Source: Glycera tridactyla (Eukaryota). Taken from it: a DNA stretch of 64,000 nucleotides. The notes beneath the pieces were generated by a model. It did not search any database, was not told the DNA's origin, and was given only the letters and a program-made list of their open reading frames with translations. Of this stretch, positions 25,171-36,649 are shown in pieces (position 1 is the first letter of the stretch; each line of letters opens with the position of its first letter). A program made the position numbers and the translations under genes. The stretch is taken from the NCBI GenBank assembly GCA_965644265.1, contig OZ286461.1, positions 106,888,001 to 106,952,000 of the forward strand, read 5' to 3'.

Positions 25171-26099
25171 AAAAAAATGAACCTGCTCTGCAGAGGGCAC
25201 CAATATTGCCGGAAAAAGGGATGATGATGATGATTGGCTATTGCATGGAAAAGTGGTCGCTTTTAGGAAGAACTATAATCAGATATGTGGATGATTGAAG
25301 TGATATAACAGTACTGTTGGTATATATGAAGATCTCAGTTGCTATTGGTGTAGTCAGATTCACTCCCAAATATTGCTAATATTGTAGATTCATGAAGGCT
25401 TTTTTAACTTTGAAAATTTTACCGGCGACACAAATTGGATTCAAATAGTCATTTCCAATTATGACCTCATGCCGGGGTATGCCGGGGTTTATTTACATCT
25501 AAGTACATATAGTAACTATACAACAATATCTGACCATTGTGATTCGTGTGAACACCATTGAAGAACAAAATACACTTTGCTTCAATTAACAAATCATCTT
25601 TGATGTTGTTATTGCATGGAAAGTTAATTAATGACCTTTATCAATCAATAAGTCAAAAAATGCCATTATCTGAGAGAACTTTCTGTGGAAATGGTCGTCA
25701 GATGCTTTGCCTGATTTTGTACTTTCGTGGGGTAAGTAAACCATCTTCATCAGCTACGAGAGCGACTGGAAAATGCACTGCCTGACTCTATATTCTCCCC
25801 CATTGAAAGCGCAGACCGTGACTGTAGATGATTGGTGTTCAGTCAAACATAGCAGGCACTTGAGGTAATATACATATTGGATGGGCAGGTGAATCAAAAC
25901 ACACTGACAGCATCCATCTGAATGTTGGAAAAGTTGCATAGTTGATGGCATGGTGATGAGATGGTTAATAATTGAGTCTCTCGAAGTCTCTGCATACAAG
26001 CCGGTCTCCATTGACATTCACCCTTGACCACTAACATCCTAGCTTCTGGAATCGCCAGACGTATGCCAGTACTACCTTTATTAAGATGGCTGATGCCAC

Positions 26100-26100
<1 letters not shown>

Positions 26101-26149
<49 letters not shown>
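26101..26149. repeat. (CA)n microsatellite
   Basis: Seen directly in the sequence. Confidence 0.98.
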
Positions 26150-26150
<1 letters not shown>

Positions 26151-26507
26151 CTGATGCATTGACGCAGACAAAGCCATATGCTGTGCAGACGGAAGACAAG
26201 TCACTGGAAATCCTCATGAGAGGCATCTGGGTCTACGTACTCTAGAATGTTAATGTCTGGTGGGAACAAATCACCAGAATAATCACCACAACCATTAATC
26301 ATCCGAATAGAAAGGTGTTACACACACGAAACTCCACCAGCCAAAAGTAAGGATACATCAAACAAGGTGAATGGAGTCAGCACTCAAGCCGACAAAGGTG
26401 AAACAAGAAATGTCTTAAAAAAGAAGACTGGTCGTCGATTTACAGTGGAGAGGTGGTGATTTAACTAGGCATGCAGGCCGAAAAAAGGACGCCTGGTAAC
26501 ACATATA

Positions 26508-26685
26508 CAGTCAAACCTGTCTATAAAGACCACCTTCGGTCACATTGGAAAGTGCCCTTTTTATACAGGTGGTATTTATAGAGAGGTTATTCACTGTTGA
26601 TGTCACCATCAGGGTTGCAGCTCAGGTTGGCCTTTGTAGGCAGGTGGTCTTTATAGAGAGATGGTCTCTCAAGCAGCTTAGACTG
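26508..26685. mobile_element. Tc1/mariner-type MITE
   Basis: TA|CAGTCAAACCTGTCTATAAAGACCAC left end, internal CAGGTGGTCTTTATAGA repeats, degenerate right end ..GACTG. Confidence 0.6.
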
Positions 26686-26781
26686 CATATATACTGTGTG
26701 CTGGTAAGTGAGAGAATAACTAATTCAGTCTTCAAGATAAACTTTTTCGGCCACTCTCCCATCGGGGGAGGAGACTGGAAT

Positions 26782-26959
26782 AATCACTCTCTCGAAAATT
26801 GATTCCCTCTCCTGAATTAGTAAAAGGAAAGCAGGCCTGAATTAGTAAAAGGAAAGCAGGCCTGAACTTGAATCACTCTCTCGAAAATTGATTCCCTCTC
26901 CTGAATTAGTAAAAGGAAAGCAGGCCTGAATTAGTGAAAGGAAAGCAGGCCTGAACTTG
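26782..26959. repeat. 89-bp tandem duplication with a nested 25-bp duplication
   Basis: 26782-26870 is repeated at 26871-26959. Each copy holds CCTGAATTAGTAAAAGGAAAGCAGG twice. Confidence 0.95.
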
Positions 26960-27924
26960 AGAGCAAGACAGTCATGAAGATGGAAACTTTATCAAGATGT
27001 GAATTCCCACATATCTGTCACGCGAGAGTGCCACCAACGCATCTTTTGCCATCTCATAGGCAATTGAGTTTTTGATAATGGAGTCAAAACTGTTGTGTCC
27101 TGTCTTCTCAATAATTTCAGCATTTCATGATCTACTGAAAATTTAGTCTCTCCCATTAGGAGACTGAGTTTGGTATTCTCACTCTCCAGAAACCAAGTTC
27201 CCTCTCCGCGGGATTCGGGTGAGTGGCTAAATTCGAGGACTGCTAATTTGAATTTCCCGCCACTGGTCGAGAATGTGTGGTTCCCCATCACCACCGCATG
27301 TGTGTTGCGAGTGTCACATCGACGAGCGTGCGGGTGTCGGCGTGACACTCGTATGGAAAGCCATCGATGTCATATTAGGAATTCTATACACGTTACAATG
27401 CTAACGCGTTAGCATGCTAACGCGTGAGACTGCTAACGCGTTAGCATTCTCACAGTTGACTATTTCAGCCAATGAGCGGTCTCCATTTTGAAGATGAACC
27501 AATCACATAAGCGTGAGCATTTGTATGTTCCTATGAAGTAACATGTTAGCAATTTGCTAACATGCACTCATGGGTGTGTGGCAGCTCTTCTTGAAAGCCA
27601 ACATGTAGACACCATATTTTGCTTAAGCGTTAGAATGCTCACGCATTAGAATTCTAACGCGTTAGAATTCTAGCATGTGACAATGCTAACGCGTGACAAT
27701 GCTAACGCGTTAGAATGCTAGCACGTTAGCATTCAAGCGCGTTAGAATTGTCACATGTTAGCAATATACGAATGCACTGCCCATATAAGCATATTCAAAT
27801 TTGCTGTGATTATGGTGATTCATGCATTTTACGATTAAGTTTCCCTACCTCCCCCCCCCCCCCGCCCCCCCCCCCCCCTGAACAATGGGCATGAACCAAG
27901 TGGTCAATGTCAACATCATAATTA

Positions 27925-29272
27925 GCATTATTGCTCACACGTGACTTTTCATCGCTAACACGATAGCATTCACTGCCTACGCGTTACTCTCATTGCTAAC
28001 GCTTCAGCAATAATTGCCTACGTGTTACTTTCATTGCTAATGCGTTGGCAATCATGGCTAACGCGTGACTTTTTATTACTAACGCGTAGGCTTTCATTGC
28101 CCACGTGTGACTTTTCATTGCTGACACGATAGCATTCACTGCCTACGCGTTACTCTCATTGCTAACGCGTTAGCAATAATTGCCTACGTGTTAGTTTCAT
28201 TGCTAATGCGTTGGCAATCATGGCTCACGCATAGGCTTTCATTGCTAACGGGTAGGCTATCATCGCTAATGCATAGGCTTTGCTAACGTGTTAGCATTCA
28301 TTGCTCACCTGTGACCTTTTATTGCTAATGCGTAGGCTTTCATTGTTCACACATGGGGTGAGTGAGTGAGTAGGTAGGTGGGTGGGTAAGGTGAGTGGGT
28401 GAGTGAGTGAGTGGGTGGGTGAGGTGTGGCAGGTGAGGTGAGGTGAGTAAGTGAGTGAGTGAGTGAGGTGAGGTGAGTGAGTGAGTGAGTGTGTGGTGAG
28501 GTGAGTAAGTGAGAGAGGTGAGTGAGTGAATGTGAGTGTGTGAGGGAGTAGGTGGGTGGGTAGGTGGGTGGTTGTGGCGAGTGGGTGGGTGAGTGAGAGA
28601 GGTGGGTGAGGTGAGGTGAGGTAGGTGAGCTGAGTGAGTGAGGTGAGTGAGTGGGTGGTGAGGTGAGTGAGTGAGTAAGTGGGTGAGGGGAGTGAGTGGG
28701 TGAGGTGAGTGAGTGAGTTTGTGAGGAGGTGGGTGGGTGGGTGGATGTGGTGAGTGGTGGGTGGGTGAGTGAGTTGAGTGGGTGGGTGGGTCAATGTCAA
28801 CATCATGATTAGCATTATTGCTTATATGTGACTTTTCATTGCTAACACGTTAGCATTCATTGCCTACACATTAGTTTCAATGCTAACGTGTAGGCTTTTA
28901 TTGCTAAAGCGTGACTTTTCATTGCTAACGCGTAGGTTTTCATAATGTGTAGGCTTTCATTGCTAACGCGTAGGCTATCATTGTTAACGCGTAGGTTTTC
29001 ATCGCTAACGCGTAGGCTTCCATTGCTAAGGCATGACTTTTCAATACTAACGCGTAGGCTTTCATTGCTAACCCCTAGACTTTCATTGCTAACGCGTAGG
29101 CTATCATTGTTAACACATAGGTTTTCATTGCTAACGCGTAGGATTTCATTGTTAACACATAGGTTTTCATTGCTAACGCGTGGACTTTCAATGCTAACGC
29201 GTAGGCTTTCATTGCTAACGCGTGACTTTTCAATACTAACGCGTAGGCTTTCATTGCTCACGCGTGACTTTT
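27925..29272. repeat. 21-bp minisatellite (ATTGCTAACGCGTAGGCTTTC)n interrupted by a (GTGA/GTGG)n tract at about 28336-28790
   Basis: Seen directly; the 7-residue periodic ORFs (VSNESLR, LSLLTRR) reflect the 21-bp unit. Confidence 0.95.
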
Positions 29273-32200
29273 CAACCTACCTACCTACCTACATACTTAG
29301 ACACCCACCCAACCACCCAACCACCAATCCGACCAAACACCCAACCATCCACCCACCCAACCAACCAACCATGTAACCAACCACCCAACCAACAAACCAA
29401 CCAACCAACCTACCACCCATCCAACCAACCAACCAACGAACCTAAAACCAATCAAACAACCAACCACCCACTCAACCATCCAATCATGTAACCAACCAAC
29501 CACCGAACCAACCAACCACGTAACCAACCAACCAAACAACCAAACCACCCAACCAATCACCCAACCAACCACCCAACCATCCAACCAACCAACCACCCAC
29601 TCAACCAACCAATCACGTAACCAACCAACCACCCACCCAACCAACAACCCAACCACCCAATCAACCAACCACCTAACCAACCACCCACCTATGCACACAC
29701 CCACCAACCCAACCATGTAACCAACCAACCAACCAACCACCCAACCAATCAACCACCCACCTACCCACTCACCCATCCGAGCAACCACCTGCCAACCAAC
29801 CAGCCAGCCAGCCAACCATCCAACCAACCACCCAACCACCCATCCAACACCCAACCACCCGCCCAACCACCCAACTACCATGTTCATCTGCTTGCCGCTT
29901 ACCATTTCAGGCCTACAGGCCTAGTTATCAGTTAAAACAATACATACAATGGTGGTTTGGTCCATTATTGTTGAAGGGGGTATAGGTTTTGCTGTATAGC
30001 AACGAGGTACCAGGTATGCAAATGAGAATACATATTCATTGAGATTATGTAACTGTAGAGAAATGAGGTGACAGGTAGGCTAATATATGATGTATATTCA
30101 TTCAAATGATTGTGAATCATTAATGAATATTCATTAGTCACACATCAAACACCCAATGCTAATGCGTTATTATGCTAACGCGGGATAATGCATACATGTT
30201 TGAATTCTCACCCGTCAGAATTCTAATGCATGAGAATTCCTACGCGTTAGAATGCCAACGCGTTAGCATTCTCATGCGTTAGCATGCTAACGTGTTAGCA
30301 TTGTAACGTGTATGGAAATCCTAATATAACATCGATGGCTTTCCATACACACGTATCGATCTACAAATTTCACACGCTATCCCGTCTCTAGCGACTGTGA
30401 GACACCACCAGTTTGACAAGTAACTCCTGTCTAATGTCAATTAGTGCTGAGGAATACACGACTCACCAGCCGATATTCACTATATGACTCCACGCCCTTC
30501 AAATACCGCGTTAACAGTTCTAGCGACTGGATGACATGATCAAAGAGTGAACCGCTGATTCTAACATGGGTTACCTGGCGAATCGGCGAATTTTTCCGTT
30601 CAATGGTACGAACACGCCAAGCTGTTATGACATCATGGAGGGGCTTCCCCAATAATGGCGCTGCCTTTGACTGCCAGGTGGCGCTTTTTGTGAAATATTT
30701 TTCTTTCTCAATGTTCACGTGCAATTGTGCATCCACACGATCCAAGTTTAGCAATACTTCATGCATTAACTGATGTTTCTCACTCAAATTGCTTATTTTC
30801 CATGCAGTTTTGGTTAATTCTGATGATTCTATAGCATGCAATTCACAAATGGCTGCCCACTTACTGTGTGAGGTTAACATTGCAAATCGCCCCACAAAAT
30901 GGACGATAGTATTGTCTATAATGTGGGGGGGTCCCAAACTGAAACAGTACAGTCTCCGACGGAAAAATATCAAATGCCAGGGTAACACAAGGTAAATCAG
31001 GAACAGAGAGGCATAGTACACAAGGAGAAAACGGGGTTAAGAAGCCTCTCATATGCTTGGGAAAATTCAAGCACAGCTTCAATCATACACCTTTCACTGA
31101 GGTGCAAGGTGACATGTCTGCCTCCACAATTATTTTCTTTAGAGTTCGGCGGCCCTCCTTTTTCCAAGACCATCCGTGGAAAGAATCAGGATGTGCTCCC
31201 AAGTTGGGACAGCAGATCAACAAGCACACCACCCCATAATAGAGAGAGTTAACAGAATGGGCAATTGCAAAACAAAACATCAGCCATGACAGTCCCACTA
31301 TAGTGGTATCATCGTGGATTTTGAGCTAACAAGCATGAATGCGACTTCAAAGTTTGCCGATATTGCCCAGCAGTGAATTGTCTCAAAGAAACTTCCACGC
31401 AGAGAGATATCAAACTCCACTTGACTCACGTAACATCAAATTTACATGACGTGTCCAGAAAGTAATTGAATCATTTATGTGGCAGTGATCAGGTTTCATT
31501 CACAGTTCGATACTCATTCATTCAAAAGGTTGCTTGGTTGACTGTCTTTCATGTGGTGAGTGGTGGGTGGGTGAGTGAGTTGAGTGGTGAGTGGGTGAGT
31601 GAGTTGAGTGGGTGGGTGGGTCAATGTCAACATCATGATTAGCATTATTGCTCATATGTGACTTTTCATTGCTAACATGTTAGCATTCATTGCCTACACG
31701 TTAGTTTCAATGCTAACGTGTAGGCTCTCATTGCTCACGCGTGACTTTTCATTGCTAACGCGTAGGTTTTCATAATGTGTAGGCTTTCATTGCTAACGCG
31801 TAGGCTATCATTGTTGACGCGTAGGTTTTCATCGCTAACGCGTAGGCTTCCATTGCTAAGGCGTGACTTTTCAATACTAACGCGTAGGCTTTCATTGCTA
31901 ACCCTTAGGATGTGGTGAGTGGTGGGTGGGTGAGTGAGTTGAGTGGTGGGTGGGTGAGTGAGTTGAGTGGGTGGGTGGGTCAATGTCAACATCATGATTA
32001 GCATTATTGCTCATATGTGACTTTTCATTGCTAACACGTTAGCATTCATTGCCTACATGTTAGTTTCAATGCTAACGTGTAGGCTTTCATTGCTCACGCG
32101 TGACTTTTCATTGCTAACGCGTAGGTTTTCATAATGTGTAGGCTTTCATTGCTAACACGTAGGCTATCATTCTTAACGCGTAGGTTTTCATCGCTAACGC

Positions 32201-34510
32201 GTAGGCTTCCATTGCTAAGGCGTGACTTTTCAATACTAACGCGTAGGCTTTCATTGCTAACGCGTGACTTTTCAACCTACCTACCTACCTACATACCTAG
32301 ACACCAACCCAACCACCCAACCACCAATCCGACCAAACACCCAACCATCCACCCACCCAACCAACCAACCACGTAACCAACCACCCAACCAACAAACCAA
32401 CCAACCAACCTACCACCCATCCAACCAACCAACCAACGAACCTAAAACCAATCAAACAACCAACCACCCACTCAACCATCCAATCATGTAACCAACCAAC
32501 CACCCACCAAACCAACCAACCACGTAACCAACCAACCAAACAACCAAACCAACCAACCAATCACCCAACCAACCACCCACCCATCCAACCAACCAACCAC
32601 CCACTCAACCAACCAATCACGTAACCAACCAACCACCCACCCAACCAACAACCAAACCACCCAATCAACCAACCACCTAACCAACCACCCACCTATGCAC
32701 CCACTCACCAACCCAACCATGTAACCAACCAACCAACCAACCACCCAACCAATCAACCACCCACCTACCCACTCACCCATCCAAGCAAGCACCTGCCAAC
32801 CAACCAGCCAGCCAGCCAACCATCGAACCGACCACCAAACCACCCACCCAACCACCCGCCCAACCACCCAACTACCATGTTCATCTGCTTGCCGCTTACC
32901 ATTTCAGGCCTACAGGCCTAGTTATCAGTTAAAACAATACATACAATGGTGGTTTGGTCCATTATTGTTGAAGGGGGTATAGGTTTTGCTGTATAGTAAC
33001 GAGGTACCAGGTATGCAAATGAGAATACATATTCATTGAGATTATGTAACTGTAGAGAAATGAGGTGACAGGTAGGCTAATATATGATGTATATTCATTC
33101 AAATGATTGTGAATCATTAATGAATATTCATTAGTCACACATCAAACACCCAATGCTAACGCGTTAGCATGCTAACGCGGGATAATGCATACACGTTTGA
33201 ATGCTCACTCGTTAGAATTCTAACGCGTGAGAATTCCTACACGTTAGAATGCCAACGCGTTAGCATTCTCATGCGTTAGCATGCTAACGTGTTAGCATTG
33301 TAACGTGTATAGAAATCCTAATATGACATCGACTGCTTCCCATACACATGTATCGATCTGCAAATTTCACACGCTATCCCGTCTCTAGCGACTGTGAAAC
33401 ACTGCCAGTTTGACAAGTAACTCCTGTCTAATGTCAATTAGCGCTGAGGAATACACGACTCACCAGCCAATATTCGCTATATGACTCCACGCCCTTCAAA
33501 TACCGCGTTAACAGTTCTAGCGACCGGATGACATGTTCAAAGAGTGAACCGCTGATTCTAACATGGGTTACCTGGCGAATCGGCGAATTTTTCCGTTCAA
33601 TGGTAAGAACACGCCAAGCTGTTATGACATCATGGAGTGGCTTCCCCAATAATGGCGCTGCCTTTGACTGCCAGGTGGCGCTTTTTGTGAAATATTTTTC
33701 TTTCTCAATGTTCACGTGCAATTGTGCATCTACACTATCCAAGTTTAGCAATACTTCATGCATTAACTGATGTTTCTCACTCAAATCGCTTATTTTCCAT
33801 GCAGTTCCGGTTAATTCTGATGATTCTATAGCATGCCATTCACAAATGGCTGCCCACTTACTGTGTGAGGTGAACATTGCAAATCGCCCCACAAAATGGA
33901 CGATAGTATTGTCTATAGTGTGGGGGAGTCCCAAACTGAAACAGTACAGTGTCCGACGGAAAAATATCAAATGCCAGGGTAACACAAGGTAAATCAGGAA
34001 CAGAGAGGCATAGTACACAAGGAGAAAACGGGGTTAAGAAGCCTCTCATATGCTTGGGAAAATTCAAGCACAGCTTCAATCATACACCTTTCACTGAGGT
34101 GCAAGGTGACATGTCTGCCTCCACAATTATTTTCTTTAGAGTTCGGCGGCCCTCCTTTTTCCAAGACCATCCGTGGAAAGAATCAGGATGTGCTCCCAAG
34201 TTGGGACAGCAGATCAAATGCCAGGGTAACACAAGGTAAATCAGGACCAGAGAGGCATAGTACACAAGGAGAAAACGGGGTTAAGAAGCCTCTCATATGC
34301 TTGGGAAAATTCATTTATGTGGCAGTGATCAGGTTTCATTCACAGTTCGATACTCATTCATTCAAAAGGTTACTTGGTTGACTGTCTTTCATCTTATTCA
34401 CATGACGTGTCCAGAAAGTAATTGAATCATTCATGTGGCAGTGATCAGGTTTCATTCACAGTTCGATACTCATTCATTCAATAGGTTGCTTGGTTGACTG
34501 TCTTTCATCT
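28745..34510. repeat. Complex tandem duplication (copy A 28745-31552, copy B 31553-34510 with internal rearrangements)
   Basis: ORF pairs 29264/32264 and 30437/33434. A few percent divergence between copies. Microhomology at the junctions. Confidence 0.9.
29273..29880. repeat. Degenerate (CCAA/CCCA)n simple-repeat tract
   Basis: Seen directly; duplicated at about 32273-32875. Confidence 0.95.
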
Positions 34511-34559
34511 TACACCACACCGCAATGGATGTTTGAATTGATCGATCATATCAATGCCA

Positions 34560-35610
34560 ATTTGATCGAATCCGATAACTGTGAAGACATATTCACTGTA
34601 CTGGGAGTAAAAACTACGACTGTCACTATGTTACCCACGATATCAATACTACCACTGATCTGCCACTGATCGCAGATCTCACCGTTACAACATTAGGGGT
34701 GATGTGAAGAAACATAAAGACCCAAGTATTTGGAATGATGGCACCCCACCTATTTCCACCAAGTTAGTGCATCTGTCACATCTATTGACGTAACCACTCG
34801 CCATCCATCACTTTTGCTGGATTTTCCTTGGAAGACAGAAACTGGTCAATCATTCAGTGACTACTTTCCTATCATACTGAGTAACGACAACAAGATCCCC
34901 GACAAGCTCCCAACCTCGGGATAAGGTAAATATGTCATTTTGGAAGTTATGATACACTCTCCATGTCACGGATGGACCTAGCTCGTATTGTTTGACCTAG
35001 CTTGATACTGTTGCATTTCTGAAATACGCCTGGAGTTGTCTCAGTCGCAACCCTTCTCTACACAAAATTAGATACCTGTGGATTATGTCACTTCATGGTG
35101 ATCGTGAGGCATCTTTACTGATGGTTCCAAATGTAACAAAAGCGCCCACGTNNNNNNNNNNNNNNNNNNNNNNNNNNNNNNNNNNNNNNNNNNNNNNNNN
35201 NNNNNNNNNNNNNNNNNNNNNNNNNNNNNNNNNNNNNNNNNNNNNNNNNNNNNNNNNNNNNNNNNNNNNNNNNNNNNNNNNNNNNNNNNNNNNNNNNNNN
35301 NNNNNNNNNNNNNNNNNNNNNNNNNNNNNNNNNNNNNNNNNNNNNNNNNNNNNNNNNNNNNNNNNNNNNNNNNNNNNNNNNNNNNNNNNNNNNNNNNNNN
35401 NNNNNNNNNNNNNNNNNNNNNNNNNGTCAATTCGGTGATATTTGGTTAGTGTCCGGAATTGCTCGGGTTGTATTGCCTCTTAAACACATCGGTGCTGCCG
35501 AGATCTATGTGCTGCGGTAATCGGCCACAAAAACAATGCACGGAGAATTTCCCATTACGTAAACTCTACATTTTCTCGAATTGTCGTTCATCAGTTCAAT
35601 AAATCATATC
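34560..35610 (+). mobile_element. Heavily deleted I-clade/Nimb-type LINE relic (APE, RNase H and zinc-knuckle traces)
   Basis: WNDGTP and SIDVTTRHPSLLLDFPW..FSDYFPIIL (34781-34880), IFTDGSK (35111-35131), ILV(E)CPE at about 35445, AATAAA at about 35599. Confidence 0.7.
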
Positions 35611-35662
35611 AAAATTGTGTTAGATTAGATCATTCGATCCTTTTACACCGATCCGATCAAGA

Positions 35663-35700
<38 letters not shown>

Positions 35701-36649
35701 CATCCATCTATCTTTATATCTATCTATCTTTTTCAGGTCGACGGAAGATTTGGTGGGTGACCAGAATGGCGGATAGGGAGGTGTGGCAGTAGTTCAGACA
35801 CTTAGTGATGATGGTAGATCAATAAACTGCCATCTCACGGTTAGAATATGAATCTGTAGTTCAATATTTTTCTGTACGCCGCCAATAATTCAATATTTGT
35901 CTGTACGCTGCCAGTAGATATACGTCGATCCGGAACCCAAATCTATCGTCTGGTCGCTAGAAACTTGGATCTGTTGGATTGGGAACGAGTGCTACGTCCC
36001 ATGTTCTATCCATCTCATGATCGTAAGGGTATTTCCGTTACACTCTAGTTTCTTCTCCCAGTACGAATGATAGGTTTTCAAATCACACAGTTAACGGATT
36101 TGTTCAAATTGGTATTAATATGATGGCTCGATTCAAACACCCATTGCAGTGAAAATCTATCAAACTGTGAATGAAACAAAATCACTGCGACAAGAATGAT
36201 TTGATTACTTTCTGAACACATTGTGTGGACTCAATGTTTCATGACCAGAATGGACGCTATCACCTTATCACCAGAGGCCACCCCTGTGTGTCTTTTAAGC
36301 GTTTTGCTATATTGAAAAACCTTCATCAGGCTGGTAAACGTTCATCATAGTCAATTTTTTCTACACACAGCCGGATATTGTATTTACTTTCGACAGTTTC
36401 GATGACATCATTCGGCCATCTCTAACAGGACTGCTGCGCCATCTGGAGGAAATTGACGCATCATATGCTACTAGGAGCCATTCCCACACGATATATACAT
36501 CATCCAATAACTCAAGTGGAAGTGGATCTGTATATGTTCATTTTGTGATGTGTGTTCCAGTATCAGACTGTTCGAGCGTAGTCCTGGGCACCTAGCCATT
36601 CTAAACACTACCTGATCCAGCCAGCACACAACGCATCTCTCCATTGGTC

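Larger units (their letters stand above)
27351..30348. mobile_element. Non-autonomous TIR element (about 100-bp TIRs) carrying minisatellite arrays; superfamily unassigned
   Basis: The left end GTATGGAAAGCCATCGATGTCATATTAGGAATTCTATACACGTTACAATGCTAACGCG.. is the reverse complement of about 30250-30348. Compatible with a TA TSD at 27352-27353 and 30346-30347. No transposase ORF. Confidence 0.8.

Noticed and set aside
27925-29272. CRISPR-like regular repeats
   Set aside because: Units are contiguous with no unique spacers, there are no cas genes, and the context is eukaryotic.
28291-32867. Long ORFs rich in THSL, VSNESLR, LSLLTRR or WLVG repeats
   Set aside because: They are translations of the 21-bp minisatellite and simple-repeat tracts, not proteins.
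30437-34018. 194-aa minus-strand ORF intact in both duplicated copies
   Set aside because: No recognisable domain, and about 13 mostly non-conservative amino-acid differences at a few percent DNA divergence, which is what neutral drift would give.
1-34510. Two duplications both with an offset of about 3.0 kb
   Set aside because: The second unit is really 2808 bp, and its 2997-3000 offset arises from an extra partial copy, so the match is coincidental.
36434-36452. CTCF-like motif (CCTCCAGATGGCGC on the minus strand) and similar motifs near 30675 and 46905
   Set aside because: Isolated short matches are expected by chance in 64 kb, and none sits at a consistent position relative to the leader exons.
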